Both the position numbers and the translations under genes were made by a program. Below the pieces are notes generated by a model. It was given only the letters and a program-made list of their open reading frames with translations. It made no database searches and was not told the DNA's origin. A DNA stretch of 64,000 nt from positions 321,131 to 385,130 of the forward strand of contig JBJLIP010000001.1 in assembly GCA_045563715.1 (NCBI GenBank). Reading direction: 5' to 3'. This DNA is from Gammaproteobacteria bacterium (lineage in GTDB: Bacteria; Pseudomonadota; Gammaproteobacteria; Magnimaribacterales; D2472). Numbering within the stretch: position 1 is the stretch's first letter; each line of letters starts with the position of its first letter. This document shows positions 47,079 through 55,384 of this stretch, one piece after another.

Positions 47079-49361
47079 ATGAATAAATCTTTAAAATATT
47101 TACTCCTTTTATTTTTGCCTTCTGCATATAGTCAAACTATACAAATTGATGCTGATTTGAGTGAAGTTGAATGGGAGAATGCACTTGTCATAAATGAGTA
47201 TTATGAGACAGTCCCATATACATTATTACCATCAGAGGTAAAAACAGAAACAAGAATCTTTTCAAACGAAGATGGAATATATATTGGATTTACTAATTTC
47301 CAAGATAATGAATCTATGCTGTCAAAAAAATCTATGAGAGATGAGGTTCCAAATAATGTTGAACAAAATGGAGTTGCTATTGATTTTGATGGAGATGGTC
47401 TTAAGGCTTATATGTTCTTCGTTACTCTTGCCAACATTCAAGGAGACGGTATAAGGCGTCTAGGTGGATGGCCAGAATTTGATTGGGATGGTGACTGGGA
47501 GGTGCAAACTAAGAAATATAATGGTTATTGGGTTTCAGAGTTTTTAATACCCTGGGATGTTGTTTTAATGAAAAATATAGATGCTCCTAAAAGAAATATC
47601 AAAATTACAACTTTTAGATATTATGCAAAAAATCAATCATGGCTAAATGACACCAAAACAAGTGGTTTTAGAACTAATTTTCTTTCAAACTTAAGATCAA
47701 TTAACGTTGAAAACTATACCAAAAGGAAGCTTAACTATTTCCCATATGTATCAAAAACATATAATTCTGTTTCAGGATTTAATGAGGATAAGGTTGGCGC
47801 TGAAGTTTTCTTAAATACTGGAACTGGCAAGCAAATTAATCTTACTCTTAATCCTGACTTTGGGCAGGCTGAAAGTGATGAGGTAATTGTAAATTTTTCT
47901 GCTCAAGAAACTTTTTATTCAGAGAAAAGAGCTTTCTTCAATGAGAATCAATCACTATTTGATCTATCACACTATGATAGATATAGAGTCATAAACACAA
48001 GAAGGATTGGAGCGGCTAGTTCTTATGATTGCGAGGCAGCTTCTGATGTAGATGATTGCAATAACGCAAAGAAAAGTTATACAGATATAGATTTTGCTTT
48101 AAGGTATACGCAAAAAAATAATAACAGTGATTTTGGAATATTTGTTGCTCAAGAATCAGATGAGTCTTATACAAAAGGTAGAAATTTTTATGCATTAAGA
48201 TCAAAAAGCATGGTTGGATCAAGATCTATTGGTTATTTTTTAACTCATGTTGTAAATAATTTTACAAATGAAAAAGCTACGGTGAATGTTGTTGATTTTA
48301 CAAATGTTAGATCAAATAAATTAACTCTATATACAGACCTTCTTTCTTCAGAAAAAGAGGGGGTTTCTGGCTTTGGTCTAAGGTCTCAGTTTGTATATAA
48401 ACCTTCACAGCTTAGCAGGAGATCTGGAAGTATTTTATATTTTGAAGATAGTTTTAAGCTTAGCGATTTTGGCTATCTTAAAAAGAATGATTGGTTTCAT
48501 ATTGGATTGGGTTCAGATGTTACAAAGGTAGATTTTGATAAATCTAGCTCTATTAAAGAAAGGAAAATTGGCATAGATTTTAATTATGATTCTGACACAT
48601 CAGGAAATTCTAATCCTATGCAGATAAGGCAAGACTATAATTTTAAATATAAAGATACTTCAAGCTTTCAGGCATCATGGGATCTTAAGACCTCTGGTAA
48701 AAATACGACGATTACAAGAAAAAATATTGACTTTCCCTATATAAAGAAAAACGGAAGCTTTAGCTTTAATTTAGATTATGAGTCACCAAGTTATGGAACT
48801 TGGGAGTACGACTGGAGAATTGGTTATGAAACGTCAAACAAATATGAAACATGGAGTTCTGAGGGATATGAAAGAAGATTTGCCAAGATTGCAGGATCCT
48901 TATATCCGATTGATGATTTTAAATTAGGTTGGCAATTTAGAGTAAGAGAAGAAGATGAATGGCTTAATTGGATCGAAGGCAATGAGCTTGCTGTATATGA
49001 TTTAACTCAAAATATTATATCTGTAAATGCTAATTGGTTCAGAGGATCTAAGCATGAAATAAGACTAAAGAGTCAATTTGTGGCCTTAAAAGCTGAGAAT
49101 CCTATTAGTCTGATTTCAGATAAAGCTGGCTACTTATATAACCACGACTCTGATGTTAAGCCATTCACAGATGGTATTACCTCGTTTCAAGTTAGATACA
49201 AATACGAGATTGCTCCTTTGTCTTATATCTATCTAGTCTACACAAAAGGTGGCAGGATTTATGATGATATGAATGAAAGAAACACATCAGATGTATTCAT
49301 GGATCCATGGAAAAACCCTGATAATGAGATATTTTCATTAAAGTTTAGATTGAAGTATTGA
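47079..49361 (+). CDS. Large secreted/outer-membrane protein with an N-terminal CBM9-like domain and DUF5916-like beta-rich C-terminal region
   Basis: Signal peptide, then an N-terminal domain ...VEWENA...YYETVPY...IYIGF.... The long Tyr/Phe/Asn-rich alternating region ends ...FSLKFRLKY (aromatic terminus, beta-barrel-like). Family assignment is from memory only. Confidence 0.4.
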   Translation: MNKSLKYLLLLFLPSAYSQTIQIDADLSEVEWENALVINEYYETVPYTLLPSEVKTETRIFSNEDGIYIGFTNFQDNESMLSKKSMRDEVPNNVEQNGVAIDFDGDGLKAYMFFVTLANIQGDGIRRLGGWPEFDWDGDWEVQTKKYNGYWVSEFLIPWDVVLMKNIDAPKRNIKITTFRYYAKNQSWLNDTKTSGFRTNFLSNLRSINVENYTKRKLNYFPYVSKTYNSVSGFNEDKVGAEVFLNTGTGKQINLTLNPDFGQAESDEVIVNFSAQETFYSEKRAFFNENQSLFDLSHYDRYRVINTRRIGAASSYDCEAASDVDDCNNAKKSYTDIDFALRYTQKNNNSDFGIFVAQESDESYTKGRNFYALRSKSMVGSRSIGYFLTHVVNNFTNEKATVNVVDFTNVRSNKLTLYTDLLSSEKEGVSGFGLRSQFVYKPSQLSRRSGSILYFEDSFKLSDFGYLKKNDWFHIGLGSDVTKVDFDKSSSIKERKIGIDFNYDSDTSGNSNPMQIRQDYNFKYKDTSSFQASWDLKTSGKNTTITRKNIDFPYIKKNGSFSFNLDYESPSYGTWEYDWRIGYETSNKYETWSSEGYERRFAKIAGSLYPIDDFKLGWQFRVREEDEWLNWIEGNELAVYDLTQNIISVNANWFRGSKHEIRLKSQFVALKAENPISLISDKAGYLYNHDSDVKPFTDGITSFQVRYKYEIAPLSYIYLVYTKGGRIYDDMNERNTSDVFMDPWKNPDNEIFSLKFRLKY

Positions 49362-49394
49362 TTTAAAGTTTTAATAACCGCAGCTCAAGATAAA

Positions 49395-49580
49395 TCAAAA
49401 AGGAAAATATCTACCATTACCGGTAAAAATAAATTTTATTACCCAGCCAATAGTATTAGGCACAACAATAATGACAAAGTTCAACCATAGTGGATTAGTA
49501 CTAGCCCCTTCTAAAGATATAAGAAAGCCAGCTAAAGAAACTGAAATTATAAAACCTAACCAATGAATTATTTTTGTCAT
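49395..49580 (-). CDS. Hypothetical small membrane protein (2 TM)
   Basis: 61-aa ORF with two clear hydrophobic helices. It fills an otherwise empty 248-bp gap. Confidence 0.4.
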   Translation of the reverse strand: MTKIIHWLGFIISVSLAGFLISLEGASTNPLWLNFVIIVVPNTIGWVIKFIFTGNGRYFPF

Positions 49581-49609
49581 GTTGAAAATATATCAGATTT
49601 TTTATAGTT

Positions 49610-51160
49610 TTATTTCAAGAAATCTAAATATGCCCTATTATTGCTCTCTTCTTTAAAAAGAGTCCCGCATTTATCAAGGTGTTTTAAGAGCAAAGATTTA
49701 TTGTTGTTTGGGTCTTCAATACCAATTAAGATATTTCCATAAGCTGATCCAATATTTCTATAATGAAATAGAGAAATATTCCAATTTGCACCAAAGTTTT
49801 TAAGAAAATCTAAAAGAGCTCCAGGTTTTTCTGGAAACTCACCATTAAATATCCTTTCATTATGTTTGGATTCATCTAAGCTGCCTGCCCTTCCACCCAC
49901 CATGTGCCTTAAATGATCATTTGAAATATCATTACTAGTGTAATCGCTAAATTTATATTTTAATTTTTTAAGGTTATTCTTAAGTTTTATAAATCTGTCT
50001 TCGGATGGAGTCCTAATTCCCACTAGGACGTATGCATCTTTGCTGTCTGACTTTCTATAATTAAATTCTGTGACTGGTAATTTCCCAAATACTTTAGCTA
50101 GTTTTAAAAAGCTGCCTGGCGCTTCAGGAATTTTAATACTAAGAATTTTTTCTCTATTTTCTCCAAGCTCAGATCTTTCAACAATAAAACCAAGTTTTTG
50201 AAAGTTAACATTAGCTCCAGAGCTTAAGGCAAGAAGATTTTTATTTTTCATTCTTTTTGAATATATCTTAAGGCCCGCAAGAGCAACTGCACCTGATGGC
50301 TCCGAAAGAACTCTAGTATCTTCAAAGATATCTTTAACAGCTGCGCAAACTTCATCTATATTTACAGTGATAACTTCATCTACGCATTCTTTTATTACAT
50401 CAAGATTGTGTTTTCCAACTTGGGAGACGGCAACACCGTCTGCAAATAATCCTACTTTTTTGAGCAACACTCTTTTATTTAATTTAAGAGCCTCTGTTAG
50501 ACAGGCAGAGTCATTAACTTCTACTCCAATAATCTTTATACTTTTATCATTCTGTCTTACCCAGGCAGATATACCTGCCAACAAACCCCCTCCTCCAACT
50601 GGAACGAAAATTGCATCATATTTAATACCATCTTCAAGAATTTCTTTTCCAATAGTTCCCTGTCCAGCAATCGTATAGGGATCATCAAAAGGATGAACAA
50701 ATGTATAATTATGTTTTTTAGATATTTCATCGGCCTTTACTAGGGCTTTAGCAAGATTCTCTCCGTGAAGAGTTATTTTTGCTCCAAGTCTTTTTACTGA
50801 ATTTAATTTATTTTCTGGTGCTGTTACTGGCATAACTATATTGCAATTAATATTCAATCTCTTACAAGCGAGAGCAACACCTTGAGCATGATTTCCAGCA
50901 GAGGCAGCTATGATTCCTGAAGATCTTTGTTCTTCTGATAGGTTGGATATTTTGTTATAAGCGCCTCTATTTTTGAATGAGAATATGGGTTGTAAATCTT
51001 CTCTTTTTAAATAAATATCATTCTGTTCTTTGGCAGATAGATTTGCAGCAAAAGTTGTTGGTGAGTCTATGGCAACATCATACACAGATGCCTCATTAAT
51101 TAACTTAAGATATTTCCTGGAATTTTTAAATTTACCAGTCTTTTTTATTTTTAGTCTCAA
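49610..51160 (-). CDS. ilvA: Biosynthetic threonine dehydratase (two C-terminal ACT-like regulatory domains)
   Basis: PLP-Lys motif FSFKNRGAYNK, GGGGL loop, 516 aa. Confidence 0.93.
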   Translation of the reverse strand: MRLKIKKTGKFKNSRKYLKLINEASVYDVAIDSPTTFAANLSAKEQNDIYLKREDLQPIFSFKNRGAYNKISNLSEEQRSSGIIAASAGNHAQGVALACKRLNINCNIVMPVTAPENKLNSVKRLGAKITLHGENLAKALVKADEISKKHNYTFVHPFDDPYTIAGQGTIGKEILEDGIKYDAIFVPVGGGGLLAGISAWVRQNDKSIKIIGVEVNDSACLTEALKLNKRVLLKKVGLFADGVAVSQVGKHNLDVIKECVDEVITVNIDEVCAAVKDIFEDTRVLSEPSGAVALAGLKIYSKRMKNKNLLALSSGANVNFQKLGFIVERSELGENREKILSIKIPEAPGSFLKLAKVFGKLPVTEFNYRKSDSKDAYVLVGIRTPSEDRFIKLKNNLKKLKYKFSDYTSNDISNDHLRHMVGGRAGSLDESKHNERIFNGEFPEKPGALLDFLKNFGANWNISLFHYRNIGSAYGNILIGIEDPNNNKSLLLKHLDKCGTLFKEESNNRAYLDFLK

Positions 51161-51199
51161 TTTAAATCATATAGTTTGTTTTTCTAGTATTATAACTGC

Positions 51200-51838
51200 A
51201 TGAGCGCCGCAAAGATAAATGTTGCAAAAAAAGCAATGAATTATATAGAAAAAAAACTCACTAAAAATATGTTGCTAGGCATTGGAACTGGCTCAACTGT
51301 TAATTGTTTTATTGATGAACTTTCAAATTTTAAACATCATTTTAGAGGCGCTGTTTCGAGTTCAGAAGAATCAACAAAAATATTAAGAGATAAAGGCATT
51401 GATGTTTTTAGTTTAAACGACGTTAATGAGCTTGAGTTTTATATTGATGGAGCGGACGAAGTTTCAAAGGATAACGTTCTTATAAAAGGCGGAGGCGGAG
51501 CTCATACAAGAGAAAAAATAGTTGCCTCTGCTTCCAGAGAGTTCATTTGCATTGTAGATCAATCAAAAATGGTTGCTGAGCTTGGAGGCTTCCCCCTCCC
51601 AATTGAAGTTATTCCAGAAAGCAGAAGCTTGGTTGCTAGAAAAATTGTTTCTTTAGGGGGAACTCCAATATATCGAAGTGGTTTTTTAACAGACCAAGGA
51701 CATCATATATTAGATGTAAAGGACATTGATATTTCAGAGCCAGAGACGCTAGAAATGCAAATTAATAATATACCTGGTGTTATTGATAATGGAATATTTG
51801 CCTTTAATAAACCAAATATAGTTTTTGTATCTGATTAG
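51200..51838 (+). CDS. rpiA: Ribose-5-phosphate isomerase A
   Basis: GIGTGSTV, DGADE and KGGGGAHTREK motifs. Confidence 0.93.
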   Translation: MSAAKINVAKKAMNYIEKKLTKNMLLGIGTGSTVNCFIDELSNFKHHFRGAVSSSEESTKILRDKGIDVFSLNDVNELEFYIDGADEVSKDNVLIKGGGGAHTREKIVASASREFICIVDQSKMVAELGGFPLPIEVIPESRSLVARKIVSLGGTPIYRSGFLTDQGHHILDVKDIDISEPETLEMQINNIPGVIDNGIFAFNKPNIVFVSD

Positions 51839-51848
51839 ATTTTTTTTG

Positions 51849-52373
51849 CTATAAAAGATCTTCTATTTTTTTTGTTAGCTCTTCTGAGTCTGGTTTAACT
51901 TTAGACCCGTATGTTGAAACTACAATGCCATCTCTAGATATTAAATATTTATTGAAATTCCATGAAGGGCTGTACCCTGTTTCATTAATAAGTTTTTTAT
52001 AAAAAGGATTAGCTTTTTTTCCCCTTACTTTAGAAGTAGCAAGCATAGGAAAGTTAACTCCGTATTCAGTAGAACAAAATTCAGCAACATCTTCTTCACT
52101 CGAATATTCTTGCATGAAATCTCTTGATGGAACTCCAACAACAACAAAACCTTCATCTTTGTAATCTTCGTAAAGCTTTTGAAGTGAAGCATATTGATAT
52201 GTATATCCACACCGACTTGCAACGTTAACTACAAGCATTACCTGATCTTCATATTTACATAAATTTATTTTTTCACTTGAATCCAGTAAACGCATTTCAG
52301 TGTTAAGTAAATCTGTACAAGCAAAAGAATAAGATGAAAAGGCAAATAAAGCAGATGCAAATATTTTTTTCAT
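51849..52373 (-). CDS. Glutathione peroxidase (Cys-type), secreted
   Basis: NVASRCGYT active-site motif (Cys, not Sec), WNFNKYLI, and an N-terminal signal peptide. Confidence 0.88.
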   Translation of the reverse strand: MKKIFASALFAFSSYSFACTDLLNTEMRLLDSSEKINLCKYEDQVMLVVNVASRCGYTYQYASLQKLYEDYKDEGFVVVGVPSRDFMQEYSSEEDVAEFCSTEYGVNFPMLATSKVRGKKANPFYKKLINETGYSPSWNFNKYLISRDGIVVSTYGSKVKPDSEELTKKIEDLL

Positions 52374-52375
52374 AA

Positions 52376-52462
52376 TTAGGTAATTGGTGTTATTGCTGAT
52401 AATGAAGTTATAAATATAGTAATTAAAAAAATTATCTCAACATTATCTCTAATTTTATTCAT
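52376..52462 (-). CDS. Candidate 28-codon smORF (MNKIRDNVEIIFLITIFITSLSAITPIT) immediately upstream of the glutathione peroxidase gene
   Basis: ATG at 52462 and TAA at 52378-52376, 2 nt before the gpx ATG. Charged N-terminus plus one hydrophobic helix. It falls below the ORF-track size cutoff, and by my estimate an ORF this long has roughly a 10% chance of arising by chance in AT-rich DNA. Confidence 0.2.
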   Translation of the reverse strand: MNKIRDNVEIIFLITIFITSLSAITPIT

Positions 52463-52469
52463 AAATTAA

Positions 52470-52550
52470 ACCTTAAAAGAGATGGAGGGCAGAGCCCTCC
52501 ATAATTCCAGAGTGTCAGCAAATTCTAATAGGGGAGAGGAGTGCTGACTT
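52470..52550 (-). ncRNA. Candidate small RNA or 5' leader/attenuator: two hairpins, the second terminator-like
   Basis: The minus strand reads AAGUCAGCA-[CUCCUCUCCCCUAUUAGAAUU]-UGCUGAC..., then AUGGAGGGC-UCU-GCCCUCCAU-CUCUUUU. GC-rich stems are conspicuous in an AT-rich spacer, and the first stem starts at the TSS predicted from the promoter at 52556-52583. Confidence 0.35.
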
Positions 52551-52555
52551 AATTT

Positions 52556-52583
52556 ATTATATATACTTATAATATATTATCAA
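52556..52583 (-). promoter_or_regulatory. Near-consensus sigma70 promoter driving the hairpin RNA (and possibly gpx)
   Basis: On the minus strand: TTGATA (52583-52578), 16-nt spacer, TATAAT (52561-52556). Predicted TSS near 52549-52550. Confidence 0.45.
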
Positions 52584-52651
52584 TACTATTTATAAAATAA
52601 ATTGTGTTTTTTTATGTATAATGCTTTTTTAGCTAAATTTGGAGATATATT

Positions 52652-54805
52652 TTGAAAGGCACAGTTTTATATGACGTAAAAGACGGTATTGCAGTACTAA
52701 CAGTTGATAACCCCCCTGTTAATCCATTAAGTGATGGTGTAAGGACGGGTTTATTTGAATCTTTAGTAAAGGCTGAAGAAGATTCTGGGGTTTTGGGTGT
52801 GGTTTTGACAGGTAATGGCAGGGCTTTTATTGCCGGAGCAGATATTTCAGAATTTGGAGGAAATGTTGAAGGAGTAAGCCTTAATGAGGTTTTTAATAAA
52901 TTAGAACATTGTACAAAACCTGTTGTTGCCGCTATAAATGGTATTGCATTGGGTGGTGGCTTAGAAACAGCCCTATGCTGCAACTACAGAATAGCTGATA
53001 AAAACGCGCTTGTGGGACTGCCTGAGGTAAATTTAGGGCTTTTACCCGGTGGTGGCGGAACTCAAAGGCTACCAAGACTAGTTGGCCCTAATGAAGCCTT
53101 AAAAATGATGCTTTCAGGCGGCCATGTACCAGCAAAAAGAGCTTTAGACATGGGTATTGTTGATCAAGTTTCAGATAATGTTGTTGAAGACTCTATGTTA
53201 TTCGTTAAGAAAATGGCAGAAAGTTTGGATAGTCATCCAAAAGTAAGAGATAAAAATGAAAAAATGCTTGAAGCTAGGGGTGATGACAAAGTCTTAATTG
53301 AAGCTAAAGCATTAGCAGCAAAAACAAGAAAAGGTCAATTTGCGCCTGGTCAAATAATAAAATGTGTAGAGTCTGCCATAAATCTCGATGATTTTGATGA
53401 AGGATTAAAGAAAGAAGGTGAGTACTTTTTAGAATGCCTTCTTCATCCCCAGAGAGAAGCTATGATCCATATTTTCTTTGGTGAGAGAGCTGCTTCAAAA
53501 ATATCTGATGTACCAAAAAATACTAACGTAAAAGATATTAAAAAAGCTGGAATAATTGGATCTGGCACAATGGGAGGTGGAATTGCAATGTGTTTTGCAA
53601 ATGCTGGAATTCCAGTTCATATCATTGATCAAGACAAAGATAACCTTACGAGAGGTATGTCTGTTATTGAAAAAAATTATGACTTTATGGTTGGCAGAGG
53701 AAAATTAACCTCAGAACAAAAAGATGCTGTTTTTGGACTTGTTACATCAAGTCTTGATTATAAAGATGTTTCTGATTGCGATATTGTAATTGAAGCAGTA
53801 TATGAGAATTTAGAACTTAAACATGAAATTTTTAAAGCTTTAGATGAGCATGTTAAGGATGATGCTATTCTTGCAAGCAATACATCTGGCTTAGATATAG
53901 ATTCCATTGCATCAGTAACTAAAAGACCTAAAATGGTAGTAGGTACTCACTTTTTTAGTCCTGCAAACATAATGAGATTGTTGGAAGTAGTTAGGGGTGA
54001 GCATACCTCTGATGAAACCTTAGCAACAATAATGGCTATTGGTAAAAGACTTAAAAAAGCTGCCGTGGTCTCTTTGAACGCGCCAGGGTTTATTGGTAAT
54101 AGAATGTTATTTGGATATACAGCTCAAGCAAATATGCTGCTTTTAGAAGGTGCCCTTCCCCATCAAATTGATCAAGCCCTTGAATCTTTTGGATTAAATA
54201 TGGGTCCATTCAGAATGATGGATCTCGTTGGCTTAGACTTAGGTTGGAGAGCAAGAAAGCTTGGAGGAAAAGAATCACCATTGCACGCAAAAATTGGTGA
54301 TGAATTGTGTGAGCAGAATAGATTTGGGCAAAAAAATGGTGCTGGTTATTATAATTATTCTGAAGGTTCTCGTGCACCCAATCCAGCGCCTGAAAACGAA
54401 TCTGTCTATGAGAAAATATCGAACGAGAATGGATTTACAAGAAGAGACATTTCTGATGAAGAAATTGTTGACCGCTGCATTCTTGCATTGATCAACGAAG
54501 GTGCAGATATTTTGTCTGAAGGCGTAGCACAAAGAGCAGCAGACATAGATGTTGTTTATATAAACGGATATGGATTCCCAGTGTGGAGAGGTGGTCCTAT
54601 GCATCATGCAAATGCTATGGGTATAGACGTTGTAATTGAAAAACTAGAAAAATACAGGGAGCTTACAGGTAATGATGTTTATAAACCCAGTGAAATGCTT
54701 GTTAAATTAGCAAACGATAACCAGAAATTAGGAGAAGCTCCTAAAAAAGAAGACAGAAAGGAAAAATTAGACTTTGAAATGTCTTCCGTTGCGAATAATT
54801 TTTAA
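52652..54805 (+). CDS. Fatty-acid oxidation multifunctional protein (enoyl-CoA hydratase + 3-hydroxyacyl-CoA dehydrogenase, FadB/FadJ-like)
   Basis: N-terminal crotonase fold (PPVNPLS..., AAINGIALGGGLE), a central NAD-binding motif GIIGSGTMGGGIA and the HCDH C-terminal domains. TTG start 7 nt after GGAG. No thiolase gene is adjacent. Confidence 0.9.
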   Translation: MKGTVLYDVKDGIAVLTVDNPPVNPLSDGVRTGLFESLVKAEEDSGVLGVVLTGNGRAFIAGADISEFGGNVEGVSLNEVFNKLEHCTKPVVAAINGIALGGGLETALCCNYRIADKNALVGLPEVNLGLLPGGGGTQRLPRLVGPNEALKMMLSGGHVPAKRALDMGIVDQVSDNVVEDSMLFVKKMAESLDSHPKVRDKNEKMLEARGDDKVLIEAKALAAKTRKGQFAPGQIIKCVESAINLDDFDEGLKKEGEYFLECLLHPQREAMIHIFFGERAASKISDVPKNTNVKDIKKAGIIGSGTMGGGIAMCFANAGIPVHIIDQDKDNLTRGMSVIEKNYDFMVGRGKLTSEQKDAVFGLVTSSLDYKDVSDCDIVIEAVYENLELKHEIFKALDEHVKDDAILASNTSGLDIDSIASVTKRPKMVVGTHFFSPANIMRLLEVVRGEHTSDETLATIMAIGKRLKKAAVVSLNAPGFIGNRMLFGYTAQANMLLLEGALPHQIDQALESFGLNMGPFRMMDLVGLDLGWRARKLGGKESPLHAKIGDELCEQNRFGQKNGAGYYNYSEGSRAPNPAPENESVYEKISNENGFTRRDISDEEIVDRCILALINEGADILSEGVAQRAADIDVVYINGYGFPVWRGGPMHHANAMGIDVVIEKLEKYRELTGNDVYKPSEMLVKLANDNQKLGEAPKKEDRKEKLDFEMSSVANNF

Positions 54806-54817
54806 TTGATATATGTT

Positions 54818-55384
54818 TTAAGTTCTTATTTGGACATTTGTCCCTTCTTTAACCATATCATATAGAAATATAACATCGTTATTGAACATCCGTATGCATC
54901 CATGTGAAGCTTTTTGACCTATTAGACCCTCCTCATGAGTGCCATGTATGTATATATATCTATTAAAAGAATCAACGCCCTGACCCCTATTCAAACCATC
55001 TTCTTGACCATCCAGCCATAAAATTCTTGAAGTTACGTGATCATCCTCAGAATCTCTTTGTTCTTTTATAATAGATGCTTGTCTTTCAGTATTTATCCGA
55101 GAAATAAAAATAGTATTTAGAAGAACATTATCTCCTATTTTCTCTTTAATTTTATGACTACCTAAGGGTGTTTTAAATGAATTTTCAATACTGCCCTCTC
55201 CATATTTTGATGATGAAATCGGAAAACTTTCAATTATTGAGTTATTTTTAAGCAAATAAAGCCTTTGTTCTGAGATATCAACAATTATATTTGTATCAAA
55301 ATTATCATTTTGAACTGATAGAATATAATTAGGAAACTGCAATAAAGCTATTAAAAATGCTGTTTTGAAGAAGTTTTTTTCCAT
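54818..55384 (-). CDS. L,D-transpeptidase (YkuD domain)
   Basis: Catalytic motif IHGTHEEGLIGQKASHGCIRM and a signal-like N-terminus. Confidence 0.85.
   Translation of the reverse strand: MEKNFFKTAFLIALLQFPNYILSVQNDNFDTNIIVDISEQRLYLLKNNSIIESFPISSSKYGEGSIENSFKTPLGSHKIKEKIGDNVLLNTIFISRINTERQASIIKEQRDSEDDHVTSRILWLDGQEDGLNRGQGVDSFNRYIYIHGTHEEGLIGQKASHGCIRMFNNDVIFLYDMVKEGTNVQIRT

Noticed and set aside
52203-52211. DnaA-box-like 9-mer ATATCCACA
   Set aside because: It is a single 8/9 match inside the gpx coding sequence with no cluster of boxes or AT-rich unwinding element context. It is not an origin.
52633-52983. 116-aa minus-strand ORF overlapping the start of the fadB-like gene
   Set aside because: It is antisense to a strongly supported CDS and has a Pro/Ser/Thr-rich low-complexity translation. 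The same reasoning applies to the other internal or antisense track ORFs: 803-1024, 1822-2007, 3139-3327, 3712-3984, 5535-5744, 9937-10122, 10537-10722, 10890-11132, 11507-11749, 14796-14993, 15600-15878, 16862-17047, 19677-20015, 21870-22100, 22359-22595, 23538-23750, 24169-24375, 25127-25312, 28632-28847, 30447-30749, 34079-34300, 34764-34997, 35105-35324, 37399-37821, 38212-38394, 38810-38998, 41196-41396, 44823-45011, 45268-45483, 45973-46200, 46921-47127, 48016-48222, 50367-50678, 52025-52222, 54261-54607, 56878-57408, 58448-58636, 58795-59175, 59871-60071 and 61255-61449.
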